DNA from: Sminthopsis crassicaudata | Lineage: Eukaryota | DNA length: 64,000 nucleotides | Assembly: GCF_048593235.1 (NCBI RefSeq) | Contig: NC_133622.1 | Span: 238,545,198 to 238,609,197 of the forward strand | Reading direction: 5' to 3' | Shown: in pieces, positions 24,151-35,861 of the stretch | Layout of the letters: every line of letters begins with the position of its first letter | Numbering within the stretch: position 1 is the stretch's first letter | Translations under genes and position numbers: made by a program | Notes under the pieces: model-generated | What the model saw: the letters and a program-made list of their open reading frames with translations, nothing else | Database searches by the model: none | What the model was told of the DNA's origin: nothing

Positions 24151-26648
24151 GACACTAGAGAGTGTAGGAATAAATGGACTTTTCTTTAAAATGATCAGTA
24201 GCAGTTGTAATGGGCCAAAGTAGAAGCATTCCCAATAAAATCAGAAGTAAAACAAGGTTGCCCACTATCACCATTACTATTCAATATTGTATTAGAAATG
24301 TTACCTTTGGCAATAAGAGAAGGAGATTAAAGGAATTAAAATAAGTAATGAGGAAACCAAATTATCACTCTTTGCATATAATATGATAGTTTACTTAGAG
24401 AACCCTGGAGAATCAACTATAAAAATTTAGAAATAATTCACAAGTTTAGCAAAGTAGCAAGATACAAAATAAATTCTCATAAATCTTCACCCTTTTTATA
24501 TATTACAACAAAGCCCAGCAATAAGACATACAAAAATAAATTCCATTCTAAATAACTGTCGATAGTATAAAATATTTGGAACTCTATCTGCCAAGGGAAA
24601 GTCAGAACTATAAGAATACAACTACAAAATACTTTCCACACAAATAAAGTCAGATCTAATCAGTTGGGAAAATATCAAGTGCTCATGAGTACATGAAGAC
24701 AATATACTAAAAATGACAACACTACCTAAATTAATCTACTTATTTAGCACCATACCAATCAAATTTCCAAGAAATTACAGATTTAGAAAAATAATAATGA
24801 AATTCATGTGGAAGAACAAAGGTCAAGTATTTCAAGGGGATTTTTAAAAATGCTAATGAAGGTGAACTAGCTGTTCCAGACCTAAAACTATATTATAAAG
24901 CAGTAGTCATTAAAATCATTTGGTACTGGCTAAGAAATAGAGTAGTTGATGAGTGGAATAGGTTAGAATCACAGGACAAAATAGTCAATAACTATGGCAA
25001 TCTAGTTTTGACAAACATAAAGTCCCCAGATTTTAGGATAAACACTCACTATTTGACAAAAACTGGTAGGAATATTGGAAACTAGTATGGAAGAAACTAC
25101 GAATTGAACCATACCTTATACCACATACTAAGATGAGATTGTAAAGGGTTCATGATTTAGACATAACAAGTGCTATTACAAGAACATAGGATATTTTCTC
25201 TCTCAGATCTGTGAAAAAGGAAGGAATTGGTGTCCAAAGATGAACTAGAACTCATAAGTGAACAACAAATAGGTAATTTTGATTATATTAAGTTAATAAG
25301 TTTTTGCACAAACAAAACTAATACCGACAAGATTAGAAGGGAAACAATAAATTGGAAAATATTTTTACATTCAAAGGTTCAGATAAAGTCCTCATTTCTA
25401 AAATATATAGAAAAATGACTCAAATTTATAAGAATTCAAGCCATTTTCCTATTGATAAATGGTTAAAGGATATCAACAATTTTCAGATGAAATTAAAACC
25501 ATTTCTAATCATATGAAAAGGTTCTCTTAATCACTATTAACAGAGAAATGCAAATTAAGACAACTTTGAGACACCACTATACACCTCTCATATTGGCTAA
25601 GATGGCAGGAAAAGATAATGATGAATGTTGGAGGGGATGTGGGAAAACTGGGACACTAATACATTATTGGTGGAACTGTGAATGAATCCAACCATTCTGG
25701 AGAGCAATTTGGCACTGTGTTCTAAAAGTTATCAAACTACTAGTGGTCCTCAAACTTTTTAAATAGGGGGCTAGTTCACTGTCCCTCAGACTGTTGGAGA
25801 GCCAGACTATAGTAAAAAACTCACACTCTGTATCCACCCCTCAGCCCATTTGCCATAATCCAGCGGGCTGTATTAATGACCTTAACTGGCCGCATCTGGC
25901 TGCTGGTTGTAGTTTGAGAATCCCTGATAGACCCTTTGATCCAGTAGTGTTTCTATTGAGCCTATATCCCAAAGAGATCTTAAAGGAAGGAAAGGGACTC
26001 ACATGTGCAAAAATGTTTGTGGCAGCCCTATTTGTAGTGGCAAGAAACTGGAAACTGAGTATACTGGAAATTGAGTGGATGCCCATTAATTGGAGAAAGG
26101 CTGAATAATTTATGGTATTATGAAAGTTAAGAAATATTATTTCTCTATAGGCAATGATCAGGAGGATGATTTTAGAGAGGACTGGGGAGATTTACATGAA
26201 CAGATGCAAATGAGCATAATTAGGAGATCATCATTCATGGCAACATCAATGTTATAAGAAAATCAATCCTGATGAAGGTGACTCTTTCCAACAATGGATG
26301 ATTGATGCCATTTCCAATGAGCTTGTAATGAAGACAGCAATCCATATCCAGAGAGAGGACAGTGGGAATTGAATGTGGATCACAACATAACATTTTCACT
26401 CTTTATGATGTTGTTCATTTGCATTTTGTTTTCTTACTCTTTCTTTTTTGATCTGATTTCTCTTGTATGGTAAGATAATTGTATAAATATGTTTCCACAT
26501 ATTGAATTTAACATATATTGGATTATTTGCCATCTAGAGGAGAATGTGGGAAGAAGGAGGAGAACATCTGAAACAAAAGTCTTTGCAAAGGTCAATGTTG
26601 AAAAATTGTCCATGAATATGTTTTGAAGATAAAAATATTTGAAAAAAA
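24151..26648 (+). mobile_element. L1 3' half (RT, C-terminal domain, 3'UTR)
   Basis: KTLESVGING..., [16 protein letters not shown], a degraded LFADDM-type motif (LFAYNM), YPKEILKEGKG...CAKMFVAALFVVARNWKL, then 3'UTR and an A-rich end. Confidence 0.92.
25741..25926. mobile_element. Non-autonomous hAT/Charlie-type MITE (186 bp) inserted in the L1
   Basis: Imperfect 16-bp TIRs, TAGTGGTCCTCAAACT and AGTTTGAGAATCCCTG (12/16 match). L1 ORF2 resumes on both sides. No 8-bp TSD could be recovered. Confidence 0.8.
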
Positions 26649-27055
26649 GGTTAATTGGGATTTATATTCTTAGAATAAACATCTAATGATCTTAAGTAAT
26701 TGTGCTATCGTAAAAAAGAATTGGCTACTTCCATAGTCAGTTACATCCCTGTTATTTGATATGTTTTAATGGGACCTGCATGAACATTTGATAGGAATAT
26801 TACTGAAAAAAATCCTTTTTAGTGTGAGACAAGTTATATGATCTCTAATGATCCTTCAGTCTCTGAGATTCAGTAATTTCTCTTTCAATGTGTCCATACT
26901 AATCTGGAATTTTTATCAAAAATCCTTATTTTATTTCAATATTTTCTTTGAATTTCCAGTGTCTACTACAATGCCTGCCATGCAGTTGCATAATCTTGTG
27001 TATTTTGAGTAATTCACTTAGTCAAATTCTATTTCTCCCCTCTTCCTACTAAATT

Positions 27056-27187
27056 NNNNNNNNNNNNNNNNNNNNNNNNNNNNNNNNNNNNNNNNNNNNN
27101 NNNNNNNNNNNNNNNNNNNNNNNNNNNNNNNNNNNNNNNNNNNNNNNNNNNNNNNNNNNNNNNNNNNNNNNNNNNNNNNNNNNNNNN
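27056..27187. other. Assembly gap
   Basis: Run of N. Confidence 1.
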
Positions 27188-29805
27188 TTTTATAAAATGT
27201 GAGCTTCTTATGGGAACATACTCTTAATTTGATTTTGGGGGCTCATCCCCAAGTTCAGCATTAGGCACATGTTAGATATTAAATGCTTATGAGTTGATTA
27301 ATACACATTAGGCAGAGAGTGATTATCATTCTAACACATTGCTGAGATGAATAGGTAAGCAAATAATAAAAATGATTATTAAAATGTAAGTGAGGAAAAT
27401 TAGTATAGTCATATAGTCATGACTATAGAAGCACAGTTATCTAATATCTAACCATTAGCTAAGAGCAGATAATAGGAACAGGAAGCAGAGAACACAAGTA
27501 AATTATATCTTAGAAGAATAAAATATCTTATTTTCCTTTCTAAATTGATAAATGTGTATAGCACAGACATAGTTTTGACAGATATTTCTGAATACTTTTG
27601 AAAACATATAGAGGGGTATAGTAGAAATCTTCAGAATTGTATGAGTGCCTGAGTATTCTCAGAAATGGTATCCTTTATAAACAATTCACATAAAGTTTAA
27701 GGGAAAATCTTTGAATACTCAATTTGAAAACATCCCAATTTTCCCTAAGGCAGGTGTAAATATTAGGTGGAACTATTTGGCTAAGGAGATTTGTTTAATA
27801 TCAACCAAAGCCAAACAGACTGTACTGAGAACAAACAAAGGGGATGATCCTCAATCCCTAAGAGAATGAGACAAATCTGGAACTTTGACAAAGTCTCCAT
27901 CAAAATTTCTTATGAGAAAGGATATAATTTGGCTCTAGTTGTTCTGTGTAGAAAAGAGGTTGAGAAAAAGGGGAATGAAATCATAAAGACGTTACATACA
28001 GAAGATAGAAGAATTTTTTTTTTTTGCTTTTCGACATAAATTTTAAAAATTAAAAAAAATCTGATTCTTTTTCTGATAACAGAAGAATTGGTAAATGACT
28101 GAAAGTTTCTGAAAGTAAGTATCTAGTTGTTATTCAGATCAATCCTTCATTTGTTGAGAGCAGATCCTAATTTCACAAAAGGATAATATAGATGCCTTAG
28201 CATTTGAGATGTTAAGAACATTCCACCAAAGCAATTCAGTGATGTAGAGAGGGCACCTCTATATTGGAAGTAATTCTTCAATACTAACTTATTCACTATA
28301 AGATTTATAGCGTGTTTCAAAAATTTGTTCACATGAATTGCCCAAGGAGTATAAAATTTGTCTCAAATCTCAGTGCCTGCACCCTCTTTTTTCTCGTTGC
28401 ACCAGTATATAGAAATTCTTTCATGAATCTTACATTGCTTACATAGGGGAAGTAAGAAAACAGAATCTTGATAGGAGCTTCTTCAAGTCAGCTATCTTCT
28501 CTGGCATAGATACCCATAGTTCTTTAGATCCCCATTGAGGCAAATTGTACCAAGGATTTTATTTTATATTTGTATATGTAAATTTCATAGCATTTTTACC
28601 TCAAAAGGAAGTTTTTTCTTTCTTTTTTCTTTTTTCCTTTTTTTTTCTGTTTCCTTCCTTTCTTCCTTCCTTTTTATTTCTTTCTCTTTCTTCATGAAAA
28701 TGCCTCTAAGACAGGAAAGAAGTTAATGATTTACATCCCACAGAGTTTGTTTGTTTTGGTAGGGGATGACTAAGACTCAAGATTTCCTCTGCTCAACTCT
28801 GTCTCCAGGTACACAATCTGCTATTGGTGGGAATTCTCTGAAGTTAAAGAAGAACTACATGATAAAAAGTAAATTTTATTTTCATCCATAATAATTTGCG
28901 TTGTAATTCAGTTTCCTTCCCTTGACATCTAAGCACATCACTTACTGATTACATCTCTACACCCTCTTATTGATTCATCCTGTGCATTATTCTTCAGATA
29001 ATTAGTGGATCAGTTGCAGACTCTCTAGTCTATGAAATAGTAGAGTTAAGGAGAGCAATGTAAAGTTAGTTTTAAAGAAAATTTAGACGTTTCAGAGAAT
29101 GAAATACCTTTGATGCTATTTGCTCAGGATAGCATTATTAGAGATATAGTCATTTAGGTAATTATTTTAAGGGTCTTAGGAAAAATCTTTCCCTCTGTCG
29201 AGTCAATTCAACTTGTCAATTTTTTTCTCTCTCCATCTGCCTTTGTTTCTGTCAATCTATATAACTATTTGTCTCTATTCAGTGTCTTTTGCTTTGCTTA
29301 GATATATATCCTTACCACACAGTGAAAACTGTCTTTGTAACAATGAATAGTTTATCAAGACCAATTCACTAATTTTACAATCAGATGACAGATATATTAT
29401 TGTTTTCCCTAAGTGCATCTAAAGAAAATGGAGAAATGAGCATCCTCATTTCTGTTGCTGGGTCAATATTGGAAATCACAATTACCCAGAATTTAGTCTT
29501 GCTTTAATAAGTATAATACGTATTTTTTAATATATTCATTGCTATCTTGACTGTCTGGGAAAGTATTGATTTTCTATCCCTGAAGGTTTTAAATCAAAAT
29601 TTGGGTGATCAGATCAAATGTAGTCAGTTAACACATTTTTTTATTAAATGTTTATTATGTAGTGGTATATAAATAAGCACTTGTAATATAAAGAAAGGAA
29701 AGGCCATTGTCCATGACCTCAGAGAGATTATATTGTAACCAATCAGTAAGTCAGAAATTATTTTATCCATTTCAGAAAAAAAAAGTATGATCTGAGAAAA
29801 CTCAC

Positions 29806-29945
29806 TTTTTTTGCTGAAGCATTTGGGATTAAGTGACTTGCACAAGGTCACACAGCTAGAAAGTGTTAAGTGTTTGAGGCCAGATTTGGACTGGGGTTCT
29901 CTTGAGTTCAGAGCTGGTGCTCCATCCACTGTGTCACCTATCCGG
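29806..29945 (-). mobile_element. WSINE1-type tRNA-derived SINE
   Basis: Typical aagtgacttg..aggtcacacagctag.aagtgttaagtg body. Imperfect TSD AAACTCAC at 29798-29805 and 29947-29954. Absent from the paralogous site at ~53930-53975. Confidence 0.88.
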
Positions 29946-30226
29946 GAAACTCACATTTTAATAGGAGAAATAATGTGTGAATAATTATGCATCAACTATA
30001 TCATGGGTAAAGAGGTATAAGCATAATACCTTAATAGATACTTCTTTATGTTATCTATTCTCATTCTTTGAAATACATGATTTAAGAGGCAGGAAAGGAA
30101 GAGGAGAGACAGTGACAGAGACAGATAGAGTCAGAGAAACAGAAATAAACAGTAATAATAAAAGTATTTTTCTTTTTTAGAAAAAGAAACAAAAGCAGAA
30201 AAAGAGAAAGACACACAAAGACTGAA

Positions 30227-30228
<2 letters not shown>

Positions 30229-30310
<82 letters not shown>
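30229..30310. repeat. (GA)41 microsatellite
   Basis: Perfect dinucleotide run. Confidence 0.97.
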
Positions 30311-30314
<4 letters not shown>

Positions 30315-30419
30315 ATGGAAAATGGAAAATATAGATTATGAATAGGTGTTTCCCCTAGGACTTGAACTATTCAGACCTTTATCATGGGTAATTAATTCCT
30401 AGAGTAGCCAGAGGGCAAC

Positions 30420-30640
30420 ATATGGAATTAAGAGCACCTGTGTTCAAATCCAGTCTTAGACATTAATCTGATTTGTCACTCTGAAAAACTCCCTTCTCTC
30501 AACATCAGTGATTATCCATAAAATGGTGCTGGTAAAAGCATGTATCTTTCAGAATTATTGTTGAGATGAAATAACATATAAAACCCTTTTAAAACCTTAA
30601 AGCATTAAATATAGGTAATTTATTATTATTGCTATTATTA
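30420..30640 (+). mobile_element. MIR/CORE-SINE
   Basis: tgttcaaatcc head remnant, CORE-like segment and ttatta tail. Confidence 0.6.
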
Positions 30641-31149
30641 TATATTAGTTTGTTAAGCATGTAATAGACTTTTTCAAATGACTTTTGTGTCCTCAACCAT
30701 AAATTTCAATGAATGTATTTATCTCTTTTTTCATTCCTCACTCTTTCGAACCAAATACATTAGCTGGAACTAAGTATCCTGATTTATATGTATAAAAATA
30801 TGACTAATTTTTTTTTCAATTACTTAAGCAAAAACAAAAAACAAAAAAACAAACAATAACAAAAACTGTAATGAACCATAGTCTTCACTTCTATTTTATA
30901 AGTCCTGAGTTCAAATCTCATAGCATATATTTTTGATTTTTGGTACTATGTAAATCAAATGTCTACCATGATTTTCAGTTTCCTTGCTTATAAACTAAGG
31001 ATATCACCCATAGTCCTGTAATCCTGGAACTTAGATGTTGCTATTGATTGCTAATATAATTTTAGAATTAGAAAAATGGGGATTCCTCAAAGTGTCCTTT
31101 AAAGAACAGACATTTTTATTTTATTAGTACAGAGCCTTGTGACTAGTAG

Positions 31150-31340
31150 TAGAGAGAATGAATATGCTGAAGTTAGGAAGATTCTAGTTCCCATGAAACC
31201 TTTGATGATTACTAGCTATGTGTCCCTGTGAAAATGACTTAGCACTTGTCTGTCTTAGCTTACACAACTATAAAATGAGGATAGTAATAACTTCTGCCTT
31301 TAAGGGTTACTGGAGAAAACAAGTGAGAGAATAGTTTAAA
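31150..31340 (+). mobile_element. MIR remnant (duplicated at ~42285-42450)
   Basis: actagctatgtgtccctg...taaaatgaggatagtaata CORE-like motif. Confidence 0.6.
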
Positions 31341-33566
31341 TTCCCTGATGCTAAGCAAATATTTATTTTCTTTTTTTTCCTCTTTAGTCTATTAGATAAG
31401 AAATGGAATCATTTAAAAGATCATTGGCCTGAAGGAATTTCCAGGGCTGACAAAATACTGACCTTGATGTGATACAATGTGAGTTTGAACCCAAACTTAG
31501 AATACTTATATAAAGTTAGGACACTAACATTTCCTTTCTTGTACTATTTTTCCTTTGTTTTGTTTTATTTTCATTGACAATATGACTGGTTTGAATTAGT
31601 CTATTTTTTGTTATTGTTTGATTTTTAATTTATAATATGACTCAAATGAAAGTTTTGTCAACTAGTAATAAAGTAACAGGAAAAGTTTTCTAGGCCAAAA
31701 TACATTCCCACACTTATTTCATGACCCTGGTGGGTAAATTTAGTTGCCAATTTCTGTTACCCCTGTTTCCAGAAATAATTTGGGCTGGAAAGGGTTTAAA
31801 TTAAATACAATAAAATTTTAAAAATAAAATAATGTTAAAATATAATTTGAGCCATTACATTAGTATGCATTAAAATTAGGTTTATTATATTTATGCAAGT
31901 ACATATGTATTTTTTGTGTAGATGTTTATAAGTTTGTGTTTGTCTATATTCTCCCTTTGATATCTCTCCTTTTTTCTCATCTATTCTTTTTTCCTCTCCT
32001 TTACCTCCCTTCCCTTTCTCTCCTTAACTTTATTTCCTTGAAAATTGTTTTCATATTGCTAATGTTCTTTCAAAACTTTTCAAACACCAAAAAGACTTTT
32101 TTGAATAAAATATGGAACATAAATTTCACATTACCACTTGGGACATAAAATGAGATTTTTTAAAATAAGGGAGACCACTGGAAGAGAAACACAAATATTC
32201 TCTCCTTCTTTTAGTTTTTTAAAAAGAAGGGAAAATGTGAAATGTTGGGTGCAAGCAACAATACATGATCAATTACTTGACTATAAAAAGAAGAAAATAT
32301 TCTATTTTAGTAACTAGAATTTGCCTAAGACCTTAATGGATTGTTGTGGGGTGGATTGCTGAGCAAACAAGGAGGGGAGAGAAGATAAAATTAAATTCTT
32401 CCTTCTGATGTTTACTATATTTGCAACCTTCAATTGGTCATACAACTTTATTTGCCTTTCTCTGCCTCAACGATGAAATCAGATTAAATATACCTCAGAA
32501 GACGATCCCACACAATTATATGGAGATAATGTAAGAGTTTCTATCTTCTTGGGAATCATTAGTTGTATATCAAATACTACATTTGTTCCATGCTCAACAT
32601 TTTTATGAATTACTTGAAGAAGAAATAGATGTTAGACTTGCCATAGGCAACAAATAACAAACAAGAAACTGATCTAGTGGCCAAATCCTAAATCTGGTCT
32701 GGACAATTTGGGGCAAGCAAATTTGCCTTCTTACATCTCTACTCACTTCTCTTCAAAATAAGCTGACTGTCCTTGATTACTTTTAATGTCTCTACTAGAT
32801 TTTAATTCATGTTGTACTAAAGTATATGCTTAAATAGGAGTTAATGACCTAACATGATACCAAAAATTTTAATGGTTCCTTCGGATATGTTTGAGTCTTA
32901 TTGTTTGGAATAAGAGAAAAGATAATTCCAGATAACTCATCCATTGTTCACTCACACATGGATTATTGTTCCATATTTGGGTAACTTATTTGGAGAACAA
33001 TGTTGATGATCTCTAGCACGCTCATAGAAAGTTAAACAGAAAAGTTAGCTTTTGAAAATCATGTCATAGAAAGTAGCTTATAGAGCATATAGAGCCATTT
33101 AAAGTCATTGATAGGGCTGTCAGTGATTGGAGAGAAAGAGAGGAAAGAGATGGAGAGGGAGAGAAAAAGAGAGGCAGAGGGAGAGAGCTAAAGTATAATA
33201 GAAATGCAAAGACATTTTAGTCACTATTGGTTATTTTCAAAGGGAATTTGATGATTGTTTATAAGAGAATCTGTAAAACAAAAAGCAAAGGTGGGCCAAG
33301 ACATCTTATGAGTTCCCTTCAAAATCTGAGAGTAATATGAAAGCAATTACTGAAACATAACAATCTAAGTCTGCATTATTTCAGGTAGATTATTGTGCAC
33401 ATTGGGAGATTGCAGGAATTATCCCCAAAACTGTTAATTTTAGAAAGCTAGGAAAGCATGGGTAGAGTTTGAGTTTTTTAATAAGACAAATTACAAACCC
33501 ACCTATGTCCAACCATGCATATCTTCCTATACATTTGAAACATGGTGCTATAAATGTGTCAATGGA

Positions 33567-33695
33567 NNNNNNNNNNNNNNNNNNNNNNNNNNNNNNNNNN
33601 NNNNNNNNNNNNNNNNNNNNNNNNNNNNNNNNNNNNNNNNNNNNNNNNNNNNNNNNNNNNNNNNNNNNNNNNNNNNNNNNNNNNNNNNNNNNNNN
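33567..33695. other. Assembly gap; probably a (CT)n tract by paralogy to 44701-44817
   Basis: Run of N whose flanks match those of the (CT)n tract in copy 2. Confidence 0.95.
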
Positions 33696-33841
33696 AAGAA
33701 TTGGCCTAGAACAGATTGATAGTACTATTTTTACTTAAGCTTTTCTTATCTAAAGCTTTGAAAAGAAACATAACAGAAGCTTAAATATATAAAAACAATA
33801 TGTTTTTTTTGTGGAGACCTCAAAAATTCTGCTCTAATAAT

Positions 33842-33871
33842 AGTTTTTTATTCTTTTATTATATTAACCAG
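33842..33871 (+). promoter_or_regulatory. Probable 3' splice acceptor upstream of the OR at 33907
   Basis: Pyrimidine-rich tract ending CCAG (CAG at 33869-33871). Confidence 0.55.
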
Positions 33872-33906
33872 TTCCCCTCTGTGTTCTTCCTACTTGAGTC
33901 CTAAAG

Positions 33907-34830
33907 ATGAGAAACAATGTGACTGAATTCATTCTGCTTGGACTGACACAAGACCCAAAGAAGCAAAAGATAATATTTGTCATTTTCATGGTATTCTACA
34001 GTGCCACTGTGTTGGGGAACCTATTGATTATTATAACAATCAAGACCAGTCCTACACTTGGTTCCCCTATGTACTTTTTCTTAACCTATTTATCCATTGC
34101 AGATTCTTGTTTTTCTACCACCACAGCTCCCAAATTGATCGTGGACAACCTTTCTCACAAGAACACTATTTCCTTTGATGAATGCATGACTCAGCTTTTT
34201 GCCATGCATTTTTTTGGGTGCATGGAGGTATTGGTCCTCATTTTAATGGCGTTTGATCGCTATGTAGCCATCTGCAAGCCTCTACACTACTCAGTCATCA
34301 TGAACCAGAGGGTATGTGGGATTCTGATTCTTCTAGCATGGATAGGGTCATTTCTGCATTCTATAACCCAGATAATCCTTATCTTGAATGTACCCTTCTG
34401 TGGTCCCAATGTTATTGACCATTATTTCTGTGACATGCAACCTTTGTTGAGATTGGGATGCATGGATACATATGTATTAAATCTGTTAGTAGTTTCCAAT
34501 AGTGGAGCCATATGCTTAGCAAGTTTCATTTTGTTGATGATTTCCTATGCAATTATATTACACTCCCTGAGAAATCATAGTGCAGAAGGGAAGCGCAAAG
34601 CCCTCTCCACCTGCAGCTCCCATATCATTGTTGTCATCATATTTTTTGGTCCCTGCATATTCATATATACTCGGCCTCCAACCACCTTTCCTCTTGATAA
34701 GTTGGTGTCTGTATTTTATACCATTATAACACCATTCCTCAATCCTTTGATCTACACCCTAAGGAATGAAGAAGTAAAAAATTCCATGAAGAAGCTATGG
34801 AGCATCCAAGTGACTTCAAGTGATAAATAA
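33907..34830 (+). CDS. OR4C11-like: Olfactory receptor OR4C11-like, intact, 307 aa (first copy of the younger duplication)
   Basis: Complete OR motif set. About 34 nt differences from the 17479 gene and about 36 from the 45027 gene (hand count). Confidence 0.95.
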   Translation: MRNNVTEFILLGLTQDPKKQKIIFVIFMVFYSATVLGNLLIIITIKTSPTLGSPMYFFLTYLSIADSCFSTTTAPKLIVDNLSHKNTISFDECMTQLFAMHFFGCMEVLVLILMAFDRYVAICKPLHYSVIMNQRVCGILILLAWIGSFLHSITQIILILNVPFCGPNVIDHYFCDMQPLLRLGCMDTYVLNLLVVSNSGAICLASFILLMISYAIILHSLRNHSAEGKRKALSTCSSHIIVVIIFFGPCIFIYTRPPTTFPLDKLVSVFYTIITPFLNPLIYTLRNEEVKNSMKKLWSIQVTSSDK

Positions 34831-35312
34831 TATGTTAATACATTTTATTTTTTACATTGTTCAAGGATGATTGACCCAAATTGGAAGACATGCAACTGAT
34901 ATGTGATAATCATAATTATACTCTGTAATTGTATGAATTTTATACATTATTTTAATAACTATTTTAATAGACATATGTTACTTTGTATTTCATTGTAATT
35001 TATTTTATGCTTTGAAAATCATTACTTATTTGATCTTGAAAGTTTGAAATATATAATTTTCTTTGATTTTATCACTATTTCAAAGAGTGAAAAAAAGATT
35101 GCTGTCAGGGTCTTATTTATTTTAACTCACATTGAACAAAATCTTAAAAAAAACTCAGTAAAGAGAGTTACTGGATCTCATGTTAATATAATAAAGTTTT
35201 AATAATATATAATATATTTAATAATTAGGTTATTTGTTTCCAATAAATGTTTGTTCTCTTTTTCTCTGGCCTGTTATAACTGTTAATTTTTGTTGCATTG
35301 GGATCTAAAAAT

Positions 35313-35431
35313 ATAACTTTCTGGTTAGCTTTCTGGAGGTCTTTGTTTTAGCTGAGTAATCACCATGAGAATAGCCATGTGATAAAGTCCAAAAGTCTTT
35401 ATTGTTTCCTTCACAGTTTGTATACTTGCCT
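35313..35431 (-). mobile_element. Truncated LTR end (same family as 9972); duplicated at 46431-46548
   Basis: Matches the first ~120 bp of the 9972 LTR, including the tttatt (minus-strand AATAAA) motif. Confidence 0.65.
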
Positions 35432-35861
35432 ATTTTTCAATAATTTTACATTTACATTTAAGGAAACTCAGATATACAGGGGTTAAGTGACTTATACAAG
35501 GTTATTAAGTGATTGAGGCCTGATTAGAAGTCAATTCCCAGAATTCTATCTGTTATGACACTCAGCTGCCAAAATTTCCTTATATTGATATTCCTCCATG
35601 AAATGGCTGCTGATGAATGTATTTCACAATATTTCTATTCTATGAATTCCTATTGGACCAAATAACAGAAAGACTACCATTAGATTTCAAACTATCATGG
35701 ATTGTAATACAATCATTTTAGTATGTGAATGAGGAGGTAACCAATCCCTTGGTACTGGGGAGTTGCTATGTATAGCCTAATTATTCTACTTAAGTTGTGG
35801 TGATATTAGGACAATGAAATATTTGAGGGATAATAGTGATCTTTTTTGGTATACATTTCCT

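Larger units (their letters stand above)
14150..30200 (+). repeat. Old tandem duplication unit (upstream region, OR, downstream module), paralogous to ~31555-54100
   Basis: About 70-75% similar blocks: 14150-17478 to 31555-33906, 18403-18740 to 34831-35170, 27720-28690 to 51590-52560 (and 40500-41450), 28750-30200 to 52850-54100. Each unit carries its own TE insertions. Confidence 0.8.

Noticed and set aside
25794-26108. 104-aa ORF that looks like a novel fusion protein
   Set aside because: It is MITE sequence read in frame into a dead L1 ORF2 C-terminus. It starts at a non-ATG codon and has no expression evidence.
20393-26640. AAAAATATTT as the TSD of the inverted L1
   Set aside because: It is low complexity and overlaps the normal L1 3' end, and the left-flank L1 ORF2 does not resume after 26648.
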